Shown here piece after piece: positions 38,462-47,350 of a stretch of DNA of 64,000 bases. This DNA comes from Treponemataceae bacterium (lineage in GTDB: Bacteria > Spirochaetota > Spirochaetia > Treponematales > Rectinemataceae): assembly GCA_963678065.2 (NCBI GenBank), contig CAXXVZ010000003.1:608001-672000 (forward strand), read 5' to 3'. How positions within the stretch are numbered: position 1 is the stretch's first letter; every line of letters starts with the position of its first letter. The notes below the pieces were generated by a model, which was not told where the DNA came from, did no database searches, and saw only the letters and a program-made list of their open reading frames with translations. The position numbers and the translations under genes were made by a program.

Positions 38462-40207
38462 ATGGGCAAGTATGCTATTGAAATAGAAGCAAACGTTCCG
38501 CAGCATGGCGTCACATTGACATCGGGAATCTTCAAGACCGTATTTGATAACAACATTGCATATCTGAAGAGCTTGTCTCAGGACTCCATACTCTATTGGT
38601 TCAGGAAGAAAACTGGTCGTGACGCCCCCGGCGAACCGTATCGGGGACATTTCGAGGACAATATCAAAGGCCAAACTGCAGGGCTTTTTCTCATGGGCGC
38701 TGCGAACAGCCTGCGGTGGGTCGAAGACCCTGAACTCCGGAATCGGGTAACCCAGATAGTCGATGAGATCGAGCAGACTGCGGAACCTGATGGCTTCAAC
38801 CAGCCGATTCCAAAGAGCGCGTTCGGGACGATCGAATATCCCAATTACGTCCGAGTGTGGATGAATTACGGCCTCCTTGCGGCAAATCTGGTCGGAAACA
38901 GGAAGGCTCTCTCTCTGATGCGGGGGATGCAGACTTGGTTCAACCAGTGCGACGAGCGTGTGATCGCCAAAGATCTCGATCTCGGATACCAGGGAGTGAT
39001 CGCGAACACCACGGTCTACTTCACTGAAGTCGGACTGAAGGACGACATCGACGTCACGGTAGACTACTACCAGGAAAACTGGTGGTTAGCCCAGTTCATC
39101 TGCGGGAATCAGAATGCGGTTCACAAGCACCATCGTCCTCATGGGACCGAACTCGAAGCCATCATCGCATACATGGACCTTTACATCGCAACAGGGAAGC
39201 CGCTTTATCTCAATGCCGTCAACGGCGCATACAAGATGTTCAAGAATCAGTGGCAGCACACAGGCGGTGGCATCGTCGCCATAGAGCACGCAGAACTGGA
39301 GCCAGGTTGTCGATGGATCGATCCCGTGCACAAGTACAATGAATTGTGTTGTTCAGCGCATTGGATCTATTTAAATCAGCGTTACCATCAGTTGTTCCCG
39401 AACGTGGAGGAACATGTTGCGGAAATCGAGAAGTCGCTGTACAACATAGCTGTTGCGAATCAGGCCGGGAACGAACATATCAGGTATCACGCATTCCTTG
39501 ATATTCAGAAGGATGAGAATCGGAAAACCCCGGTCTCCTGCTGCGCCGGGCTTGGAACCAGACTCTACGGTTCCTTGCCGGAATTCCTCTACTCGGTCTG
39601 TGACCTTGGTCTCTATGTGGACATTTATTCCAGTTCCAAATTCGTGTTCGATCATCAGGGGCATCAGGTGAGAGTGAGCACCGAGACAGGGCAGCCACTC
39701 GTGGGTGCCGTGAGTATTCGCCTCGATGTCGATGCTCCTCTGGAAATGGTCCTCAGGCTGAGAATCCCGTCGTGGACTGCCGGGAAGGTGCCGGTTCTTG
39801 TCAATGGACAGGCGATCGCCCTTGGCACTCCCGGAACCTATCTGCCTGTCTCCCGCATGTGGAATCCTGGGGATACCGTTACCTTCGAACTGCCGATGGA
39901 AGTGCGCGCCGTCAGGTACTCTGGCATAGACATTGTCCCAGGAAAGGAACGATATGCCTTCGAGTACGGATCGCTCTTGCTCGCAGTGGTGGGGCCGCTG
40001 AATTTTGGCGGCCGGTACATTCTGATAGAACACGATCCTGCCCATCCCGATTCATGGCTCACGCCGATAGAAGGGAATCCCGGCCATTTTTCGATTCTGG
40101 ATATGCCGAGACATCAGATGATACCGTATTACGAAATCGACACTCAGATGTTTACCTGTTTCCCGGTTTTCGGACAGTATAGTTGTTCCTATGTCCAATT
40201 GATGTGA
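38462..40207 (+). CDS. GH127/GH146-like glycoside hydrolase (beta-L-arabinofuranosidase-like)
   Basis: NELCCSAHW and VSCCAG Zn/Cys motifs, EKSLYN, LRIPSW, LPM, YGSLLLA; AGGAG RBS. Confidence 0.8.
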   Translation: MGKYAIEIEANVPQHGVTLTSGIFKTVFDNNIAYLKSLSQDSILYWFRKKTGRDAPGEPYRGHFEDNIKGQTAGLFLMGAANSLRWVEDPELRNRVTQIVDEIEQTAEPDGFNQPIPKSAFGTIEYPNYVRVWMNYGLLAANLVGNRKALSLMRGMQTWFNQCDERVIAKDLDLGYQGVIANTTVYFTEVGLKDDIDVTVDYYQENWWLAQFICGNQNAVHKHHRPHGTELEAIIAYMDLYIATGKPLYLNAVNGAYKMFKNQWQHTGGGIVAIEHAELEPGCRWIDPVHKYNELCCSAHWIYLNQRYHQLFPNVEEHVAEIEKSLYNIAVANQAGNEHIRYHAFLDIQKDENRKTPVSCCAGLGTRLYGSLPEFLYSVCDLGLYVDIYSSSKFVFDHQGHQVRVSTETGQPLVGAVSIRLDVDAPLEMVLRLRIPSWTAGKVPVLVNGQAIALGTPGTYLPVSRMWNPGDTVTFELPMEVRAVRYSGIDIVPGKERYAFEYGSLLLAVVGPLNFGGRYILIEHDPAHPDSWLTPIEGNPGHFSILDMPRHQMIPYYEIDTQMFTCFPVFGQYSCSYVQLM

Positions 40208-40235
40208 TCTTTGCCCCGTCATGTTTAGGATAGAT

Positions 40236-41252
40236 TCACTGAAATCTTCGCGTAGATGATCGTACGACCAGTCTGGTTGGGATGACCTTTTCAACCGTAT
40301 CGACCGGTTCATTCCGAATGAGCTGGAGTAAAAGCTCGGCGCTCTGGCTTCCCAACCCAATGCTGTTTTGGGCCACCGTCGTCAATGGAGGATTCAATAG
40401 CGAAATAAAGTCAATGTCATCGAAACCGACGAGCGAGTACCGCTCAGGGAAAGCGATGGAACGTTGTTGCAGCAATGAAATCACACCCAGCATCATGATG
40501 TCGCTGAACGTAAAAATCGCCGAGAAGTCTATCTCTTCAAGCAACACAGCCATCATTTCATTGTAAGCGCTGTCTTTGTCAGGACGACAAAGTCGGATCA
40601 ACGCTGGGTCAAATTGCATCCCTGCCTCAGCCAAGGCCCTCTTGTACCCTTCCAGACGTTCCTGGGCACTGGAAATGTACTCTGGAGCATTCAGGAATAG
40701 TATCCGACGATGCCCCAAGCGTAACAGATGACTGACGGCATCGTAGGCCCCTTGCTTGTCGTCACTGATAACGCAGGGCACTTTGTGTCTGGAGAAATGT
40801 CGTCCCAAAAGGACAAAGGGAATACGCTTGGACATAAGAAAAACTATATCCTCGTCCTGAGCCTGAGATGGGGTCAGGATGATCCCCTTGGCATTCTGAT
40901 CAACAAGCAGTTCGACGGCCGCTCGTTCCTGCGCATAATTTTCGTCGGTGTTGAACAACATCATCGTATACCCGGCTTTCCGGATTGTCGTCTGAACTCC
41001 CTTAACGATTTGTCCAAAGAACGGATTTGCACTGTCGGTAGTGATCAAGCCGATGATACCTGAATTGCGCATACTTCGTCGCTGGCCTAGAGGATTGAAT
41101 TTATACCCCAACTCGTTGGCGACGTTGATAATCTCATCCCGTGTACCCTTGCTGATATCGTGCTTGTTGCTCAAAGCTTTGGATACAGAGTTAACGGAGA
41201 CGCCTACACGATCGGCGATGTCACGCATTGTTACGTTACGGTGGGATCTCAT
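40236..41252 (-). CDS. LacI family transcriptional regulator
   Basis: TMRDIADRVGVSVNSVSKAL HTH, NPFF, VGFDD, PPLTTV, LVVRSST. Start could be 41279. Confidence 0.93.
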   Translation of the reverse strand: MRSHRNVTMRDIADRVGVSVNSVSKALSNKHDISKGTRDEIINVANELGYKFNPLGQRRSMRNSGIIGLITTDSANPFFGQIVKGVQTTIRKAGYTMMLFNTDENYAQERAAVELLVDQNAKGIILTPSQAQDEDIVFLMSKRIPFVLLGRHFSRHKVPCVISDDKQGAYDAVSHLLRLGHRRILFLNAPEYISSAQERLEGYKRALAEAGMQFDPALIRLCRPDKDSAYNEMMAVLLEEIDFSAIFTFSDIMMLGVISLLQQRSIAFPERYSLVGFDDIDFISLLNPPLTTVAQNSIGLGSQSAELLLQLIRNEPVDTVEKVIPTRLVVRSSTRRFQ

Positions 41253-41473
41253 AGAGTCATTTTTACTATATTCACTCAATAAATATAAGTAGGTTTACTC
41301 GTTCTGAATGAGGACTGTCGGCGCAGACGATCTGACTGTGATAGAGTGTGTCGCATGAAAGTGGAAGGATCAACATACCGTCCTGCGAAGCCCGACTCGG
41401 CTCGCTCAGGCGCCAGGGTCCGACATCCTACCCACATGGCTGCAATCTGCTGCTATGTAAAGGAAGAGTTGTT

Positions 41474-42127
41474 ATGACTGTCCGGAAAATTGCGGGCTGG
41501 TTTTTCCGTTCGTCCCTCGGCATCATCGGATCGGCGGCTGCGGCGCTGGCGGCGGTCTTTGTGCTCGCATCGGGTATCGGCGTCTTCCCGGCCGCAGGGC
41601 TCGGCTTGGCGATTCTTGCTCTCGCGTTCTTCGTGTCCCTGTCGACGAAAAATGGCCTCCGGTTCCTATTGAACCGCAAGGACGGGGATGAGTCGGAGGC
41701 AGCAGGAAAGCTTCTGGCCGAAGCTGCGGAGGCCCGGAAAAGCATGGCAGCGTTGCGCCTCCCCGATCCAGCACTCTCAAAGGCGCGCGACAGGCTCGTC
41801 CTCGAAGCGGGAAAGTTCCTCGAGGATTCGGAGAGAAGGCTTTCCGACAGAAGAGTTGAGACACAGAGTCTTCCTCTCTATGATCCCGAAGCTATCCAGG
41901 CGATTCTCGACGCGCGCCCGGTTCTGGACGCTGTCCTCCACGAACTCGACGAAACCGCATCGGAACGCCGCTTCGGCGCCGAGGACGCCCACCCGGTCCA
42001 GAATCCGGTGGAGAGGGCAATTGCGGTCCTCGAGGACAAAACGCGTGATATACTCAGAGGCAGGGACCGCGTCCGCGGCCTTCCCGATCTTTCGGTACAG
42101 CTGGAAATAGAAGAGGAGCTGAAATGA
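41474..42127 (+). CDS. Hypothetical membrane protein (2 N-terminal TM helices + helical soluble domain)
   Basis: Hydrophobic hairpin followed by a charged helical region; AGGAAGAG RBS; ATGA overlap with next gene. Confidence 0.7.
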   Translation: MTVRKIAGWFFRSSLGIIGSAAAALAAVFVLASGIGVFPAAGLGLAILALAFFVSLSTKNGLRFLLNRKDGDESEAAGKLLAEAAEARKSMAALRLPDPALSKARDRLVLEAGKFLEDSERRLSDRRVETQSLPLYDPEAIQAILDARPVLDAVLHELDETASERRFGAEDAHPVQNPVERAIAVLEDKTRDILRGRDRVRGLPDLSVQLEIEEELK

Positions 42128-43836
42128 ATACGGAGTGCCTGCGGAAAATCCTTCCGGTCCTGTTCGCGACCTGCGCCCTATTCGCTGCGCAAGGCAGCCT
42201 CGGGGCGCTCGACACTTCACCAGTTTCGAGCGATATCACCATCGTCCTCGATCCGCGACTGGAAGCAACGATCACCCAGAGAGTCGAGTGGAAGGCTTCG
42301 GGCGGAAGCATGCATGGATTCTATTTCCAGGGCGAGCCCTTCGAACCCTCCTTCGATTCTTCCCTCTCGTATGCCGACATTCCGGGGGGGACACGACTCG
42401 GCCTCGACATAAAGAATCTCGGTAACGGGAAATACGACGTTCTCCTCGCAGGCGGCGCGGCCTTCTCGGGCACAGCCTTCTACACGCTCTCCTACAAAGC
42501 CCCGTTCGGGAAAGCCGGCCTCGTCGGCTCGACAAAGTCAGGGGAGGGCAAGGACCTCGTCTACTTCGACTATGGCCCCGTGCTCTGGGATTCCCCCCTG
42601 AAATCGCGCACAGTGCGGCTTGTCCTGCCGAGACGCGTCCAGGGCGGCACACTCTCCACCGAGGAGAAGAAAGCCATCCCCGTCCTGACGGAGGCCTCGG
42701 TCAACGAGGAAAATCGAATCGACTGGTACGGAAGCGCAGGCACGGGCGGATCATGGTGGCTCACCGGCCTCTTCTTCCAGGAAAACCTTCCAGCCCGAAA
42801 GACACAGAGGCTCAGACTCTATTTTCCCGCCGACTATCTCGAAATCCAACCTGAAGCCCTCGCCTCGGCAGGGGCTGGCTCCAAACCGCTCATTGGCGGA
42901 AACGGCGACGGAACCGTTGGGGATAGCACAAGAAGTCCACAAAGCGAAGCAGGGGGACCTCGGATAGTGCGTCCCGGTGATCGCTTCATCCCCGTCGTTC
43001 TTGCGGGCGCCTCGCTCGCGGCGGCCGGACTCTTCCTCTACACCCGTCGACTCAAATCCTTTCGTAAAAAGAAAGAGCTTGCAAAGACGATTTCCTGGGC
43101 CGGAGACGCATGGTCTCCCCCCCGCATCCTCGCCGGCAGCTACCAGATTCCCGGTAAAGTGGCGGAAAAGCTCCATCCGGTCGAGGTCGCCATCCTGATG
43201 GAGCTTCCCATGCCGCGGGTCGTGGCAATCATGCTGGAGGGCCTATCCCGCCAGGGCATCGCCGAAGTCATCAGCAGGGATCCACTGCAGATCAGAATTC
43301 TCGGCACAAAAAAGGCAGAAGCGGGTTTCGAGGAAGATTTCCTCGCGGCCTTCGACTCCGAAGGTCGCGTCCTCTCAGGGCTGCTCGCCGATTTTTTCGA
43401 AAAAACCATCGCAGGGCTCCAGGAGAAGACCTGGGATTGCGATCTGGAGGCCACGAAGGCGTATTACCGCGCCCTCATTTCGGATCTCGAGGAAAAAGAG
43501 CGGGCCACATCCGAAACGGAGCGGGAAAGTTTCATGGAGGGGCGCCGGAGCATCCCCTATTACCACTACTGGATGGGGTATTACATGCTTGGCCGCCACG
43601 ACAGCTACGCGGACATGCGCCTTCCCGATGGTTTCTCGGGCGGATACGGGGCCTTCATGAAGAGCGCCGCCTGTTTCTCGGGATGTTTCGCGGCCCCCGG
43701 TGGAACAGTGGATGCCTGCTACTCGGCCTGCCACAATGCCTGTCATGACGCGTGCCACTCCGCCTGTCATTCCGCCTGCCATTCGGCCTGTCACTCCGCC
43801 TGTCACTCGGCCTGCGTGTCCGGAGGCGGTCATTGA
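42124..43836 (+). CDS. DUF2207-like single-pass membrane protein with C-terminal (ACxx)9 Cys/His repeat tail
   Basis: Signal peptide; beta-rich domain; TM IPVVLAGASLAAAGLFLYT then RRLKSFRKKK; LHPVEVAILM...LEGLSRQG segment; ends ACYSACHNACHDACHSACHSACHSACHSACHSACVSGGGH. Confidence 0.85.
   Translation: MNTECLRKILPVLFATCALFAAQGSLGALDTSPVSSDITIVLDPRLEATITQRVEWKASGGSMHGFYFQGEPFEPSFDSSLSYADIPGGTRLGLDIKNLGNGKYDVLLAGGAAFSGTAFYTLSYKAPFGKAGLVGSTKSGEGKDLVYFDYGPVLWDSPLKSRTVRLVLPRRVQGGTLSTEEKKAIPVLTEASVNEENRIDWYGSAGTGGSWWLTGLFFQENLPARKTQRLRLYFPADYLEIQPEALASAGAGSKPLIGGNGDGTVGDSTRSPQSEAGGPRIVRPGDRFIPVVLAGASLAAAGLFLYTRRLKSFRKKKELAKTISWAGDAWSPPRILAGSYQIPGKVAEKLHPVEVAILMELPMPRVVAIMLEGLSRQGIAEVISRDPLQIRILGTKKAEAGFEEDFLAAFDSEGRVLSGLLADFFEKTIAGLQEKTWDCDLEATKAYYRALISDLEEKERATSETERESFMEGRRSIPYYHYWMGYYMLGRHDSYADMRLPDGFSGGYGAFMKSAACFSGCFAAPGGTVDACYSACHNACHDACHSACHSACHSACHSACHSACVSGGGH
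43714..43821 (+). repeat. 9 x 12-bp imperfect coding tandem repeat (GCS TGY NNN NNN)
   Basis: gcctgctactcg gcctgccacaat gcctgtcatgac gcgtgccactcc gcctgtcattcc gcctgccattcg gcctgtcactcc gcctgtcactcg gcctgcgtgtcc. Confidence 0.95.
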
Positions 43837-45248
43837 AGCTGGGCATGTTCCGCGTGAAAAATCCTGCGGCAAAGGCGGTTTCCTCCAGTGGGCGTGAAGA
43901 AGCGGATACCCTCGACGGACTCGAGGAGTACTACCGATCCATCCGCCCCTGGCTCCTGCCGAGGGAGGAAGACTCCACCCTCATCGTGCCGCCCAATCTC
44001 GTTTTCAAACTCGCGGGTTCAGCCTTCCCCCTCTTCTCCTGGCTCGATCGGGGAGGAAGGCTCCGCGATCTGCCCGGAATGGATTATGAGAAACGGGCCG
44101 ATCTCGAGGCCTTCTTCGGGGAGCTGCGTGCAGCCTACGAAGGCCGGGCTCCAGAGGGCTCGCGCGGATTCGGCAGAACTCCCTATGATTTCTCCTTCAC
44201 GGGCCTTCCCGTCCTTGGCGAACTCGCCCTGACATACCGCTGCAACGAGCGGTGTCGCTTCTGTTACGCCGCTTGCGGCGATGTCGCTTGCGGCGATACC
44301 CCCTCTCATCGCCCGGCCGGAGGAAGCACGGCCCAGAGTCCTGAGCGCGGGGAACTTTCCACGGAAGAGGCGAAGCGCGTCATCGAGATATTCAGGAACG
44401 AGGCCAAGATTCCCTTCTTTTCCTTCACAGGCGGCGAGCCACTTCTGCGCCAGGATCTCGAGGAGCTCGCGGACTATGCCCGAACTCTCGGACTCAGGAC
44501 AAACCTCATCACCAACGGGAGCCTCGCAAGTCCCGAGCGCGCTGCCTCCCTGTGGGCTTCGGGAATCGATACCGCCCAGGTCAGCCTCGAGAGTCCCGAC
44601 CCGGAACTCCACGACAATCTCTGCGGCTGCCGGGGCGCCTGGGAGAGGACAGTGGCCGGCATCAAAGCGCTCAAAGGGGCCGGCATCGCCGTCCAGACCA
44701 ACAGCACCCTCACGGCCCTCAACAGGGAGAGTCTTGCCTGCATGCCTGATTTCCTTGCAGGACTCGGAGTTTCCCGTTTTTCCATGAACCTCTTCATTCC
44801 CTCGGGGCGGGGGATAGACGACGGAGAACTCCTTGTCCGATATGCTGATACGGGAGATTTCGTCGAAGGGATACGAAAGAGGGCGAAGGCGGCCGGCCTC
44901 ACATTTTTCTGGTACAGCCCGACGCCGTACTGCATCTACAATCCTGTCGCGAAAGGGCTCGGCAACAAATCTTGCGCTGCCATGGACGGGCTCATCCATG
45001 TGAACCCCTACGGCGAGATCCTGCCTTGCTCATCCTGGCCCGAGAGCGTCGGAGACATACTCGTCGGGTCCTTCCGCGAAATCTGGTTCTCGGAGCGGGC
45101 GCGGTTTTTCAAACAGAAGCATTTCGCCCCCGTCGCCTGCGAAGGCTGTGGGAGCTTCGTCGCCTGCCAGGGGGCCTGTCCCCTCTATTTCAGAGTACTC
45201 GGAGAAACGGAAATCGAGCATGCCCGGGGAGGATTCCATGGAAAATGA
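43833..45248 (+). CDS. Radical SAM/SPASM domain protein with PqqD/RRE-like N-terminus
   Basis: CNERCRFC, FTGGEPLLR, ITNG, QVSLES; SPASM C-x12-G-x4-C and CEGCGSFVACQGAC. TTG start overlaps the upstream TGA with GGAGG at 43822 (alternative ATG at 43845). Confidence 0.92.
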   Translation: MKLGMFRVKNPAAKAVSSSGREEADTLDGLEEYYRSIRPWLLPREEDSTLIVPPNLVFKLAGSAFPLFSWLDRGGRLRDLPGMDYEKRADLEAFFGELRAAYEGRAPEGSRGFGRTPYDFSFTGLPVLGELALTYRCNERCRFCYAACGDVACGDTPSHRPAGGSTAQSPERGELSTEEAKRVIEIFRNEAKIPFFSFTGGEPLLRQDLEELADYARTLGLRTNLITNGSLASPERAASLWASGIDTAQVSLESPDPELHDNLCGCRGAWERTVAGIKALKGAGIAVQTNSTLTALNRESLACMPDFLAGLGVSRFSMNLFIPSGRGIDDGELLVRYADTGDFVEGIRKRAKAAGLTFFWYSPTPYCIYNPVAKGLGNKSCAAMDGLIHVNPYGEILPCSSWPESVGDILVGSFREIWFSERARFFKQKHFAPVACEGCGSFVACQGACPLYFRVLGETEIEHARGGFHGK

Positions 45249-46149
45249 TTTCAGGTTCTTCAGACTGGACACAGGAGCGAGGCTGGCGCTGGCCGGCTCG
45301 CTCTTCCTCGCCGGAGTGGCTGTCGGAATAGCCTCGGACAACCTCGTCGCCCCGGCCTTCGTCCTGTCCGCTGTGGGCTGGACCCCCCTCATGCTGAAGA
45401 AGATCACGAACAGACCCGACGATCAGGGGCTTGAGGAGTGGAGGGCCGTCTCGATGGCCGAAGTGGATAGGCTCGATGACGCGATGCGCGCGACCACGAA
45501 GACTATGGCCAAGAGCGGCGAAATCCTGATCAAGGTCTTCGGAACCTTCATCCTCGCCCTCATTCTCTTCGCGGCGATGGCGGGCTTCGTCGCGGGGAGG
45601 CGGGACATCGGATTTGTCCTCGCGGAAGCAGGAATATTTCTCGTTCCGGCCCTGCTGTTCGGGAGACTCGTCCTGCACAAGCCGAAGGAAATCGCCTTCA
45701 AAATGCCCTCGTTCCGCGCACTTTTGGGAGAAAGCATCCCCGCGAAAGTCACGGTCACACCGTATATTCGCTTCGACAAGGACTCGAAGGGCGCAGACGT
45801 GCCTGAAGATCTCCGGGTGATGTACGAAACGAAGCGCGGTCCCGCAGATTTTGTCGGCATCCAGGTACAGTGCGCGAAGAACAAGGGTCCAAACGGCGAA
45901 GTGCCTTATCTCTACGCAGTCATTCTGACAAAGGGTCGCTCGGGAGCGACATACCGGCAGGCCTCGAACCTCGAATCTCCGGGTTTCGTCGTGGAGACGG
46001 GCGGCGACGAAGAGTATGGCACCGTCGTCATACGCCAGGCGACTGAGGGTAAAGGCTACCACACGACAACATCCGACTGCGCGAAGCTGGGGCGGCTCTG
46101 TGGTCAGATTGCCGCCAGATTCGCCGCCGACCTTTCCCCCGATGCCTGA
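45238..46149 (+). CDS. Hypothetical membrane protein (~4 TM + C-terminal soluble domain)
   Basis: GGAGG RBS, 11-nt overlap with the rSAM gene, two hydrophobic hairpins. Confidence 0.75.
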   Translation: MENDFRFFRLDTGARLALAGSLFLAGVAVGIASDNLVAPAFVLSAVGWTPLMLKKITNRPDDQGLEEWRAVSMAEVDRLDDAMRATTKTMAKSGEILIKVFGTFILALILFAAMAGFVAGRRDIGFVLAEAGIFLVPALLFGRLVLHKPKEIAFKMPSFRALLGESIPAKVTVTPYIRFDKDSKGADVPEDLRVMYETKRGPADFVGIQVQCAKNKGPNGEVPYLYAVILTKGRSGATYRQASNLESPGFVVETGGDEEYGTVVIRQATEGKGYHTTTSDCAKLGRLCGQIAARFAADLSPDA

Positions 46150-46186
46150 TTTCCTGTAGTCCTGATTAGGGGGGTGACCGCAGGCC

Positions 46187-47350
46187 TCAAGCCCAGCGGG
46201 AAAGGATCTGCCGGTAGCGCGACGCCACTTCTTCGATGACGTTTTCCCAGGATCTGCAGAGCGTGCGACGTGCCTGGGAGCCGGCTTCGGCGCGGAGTCC
46301 CGCATCGTTCAGAATGTCGATGATGCGCGCGGAGTATGCCTCTGTGTCGTTTTCCGCGAGGAATCCGTTTTCTCCGTCCCTGATCACCTCCGAGGCGGTG
46401 GAACCCTGTATGAGAAGGGCCGGCGTCCGGAAGGCGGCCGCCTCCCTGACCACGAGCGGCGCGTTGTCGTAGAGAGAAGGGAAGAGGAAGAGGTCGCCCC
46501 TGGCGTAGATCTGCTTGAGTATCTCCCTGTCGTAGACGACATCGTGGAAAAGTACCCGTTCCCTTATTCCGAGCTCGGTGCATATCTCCATGAGTCGCTC
46601 TTTCGCGTAGCCCTGACCAACGAATACCATCCGGAAATCGCGGATGGCCGAGGCGACCGCGGGCAGGGACCGGACGAGGAATTCCAGGTTTTTTTCGAGT
46701 ATGTGCTGGCCGACATAAAGTCCCACGGGTATCCCTTCCGGAAGTCCCAAAAGCCGGGCTCCCTTTTCCCGGAAAGGGGCGGGATCCTCCGGGGGAACTA
46801 TGTCGATGCCGTTCTCCACGACATCGTAAGGACCCTTGTACCCGTACAGGCGAAGCGTCTTCGCGACGGCTTCCTGAGGCACCCAGACATGGTCGACATG
46901 GTAATAATAGTCGACAATGCGTTTTATCTGGTCATCGACGATGTATTTGACGGGCATCGCGCGCAGAAGGTCATCCCGGTACTTGGAGTGAAAGGTTGTG
47001 ATGATTGGTATCCCTTTCTCTCTCGCTGTCCGGAGGGCGATGAGCCCCGCGCCGAAGGGCGAGTGGGAATGGACAAGATTGAGATCGCGTTTGCGGAGCA
47101 CGAGCTGAAGATTGAGGTCAAGGTCGGGCAAACCGATGCGGTATGGAGGTCGAACTATCGTCGGCACCGAGAGGAAGCGTATAACGGGGAAGCTCTCGCT
47201 GTCGATTGTGTTGGGAGCCGAGGGAGTGACGACGCAGGCCGGTCCGGATTTTCTGTTGAGCCAGTAGGCGTAATTCCTGACAGTGATAGTGACGCCATCC
47301 ATGATGGGGACATAGCCATCGCAGAACAGTCCGACAGAAATCTCTTTCAT
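46187..47350 (-). CDS. GT4 glycosyltransferase (diacylglycerol glucosyltransferase-like)
   Basis: FCDGYVPIMDGV, HSHSPF, TFHSKY, EKN, FLFPSLYDNAPLVVREAAA, DGENGFL. Confidence 0.9.
   Translation of the reverse strand: MKEISVGLFCDGYVPIMDGVTITVRNYAYWLNRKSGPACVVTPSAPNTIDSESFPVIRFLSVPTIVRPPYRIGLPDLDLNLQLVLRKRDLNLVHSHSPFGAGLIALRTAREKGIPIITTFHSKYRDDLLRAMPVKYIVDDQIKRIVDYYYHVDHVWVPQEAVAKTLRLYGYKGPYDVVENGIDIVPPEDPAPFREKGARLLGLPEGIPVGLYVGQHILEKNLEFLVRSLPAVASAIRDFRMVFVGQGYAKERLMEICTELGIRERVLFHDVVYDREILKQIYARGDLFLFPSLYDNAPLVVREAAAFRTPALLIQGSTASEVIRDGENGFLAENDTEAYSARIIDILNDAGLRAEAGSQARRTLCRSWENVIEEVASRYRQILSRWA

Noticed and set aside
43714..43821. Repeat read as a CRISPR array, a multiheme cytochrome c or a phase-variable microsatellite
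   Set aside because: 12-bp units with no spacers. Spacing is CxxxCH with shared Cys rather than CxxCH, and the tail is predicted cytoplasmic. Units differ at synonymous sites.
43700..43897. Alternative-frame ORFs over the repeat (MPATRPAT..., RRSDRRSD..., GGVTGRMA...) as separate precursor peptides
   Set aside because: They are shadows of the ACHS repeat; the variable positions are third-codon positions only in the ACHS frame.
45190..46305. 371-aa minus-strand ORF
   Set aside because: Antisense to the RBS-supported membrane protein at 45238-46149, and it overlaps the GT4 gene.
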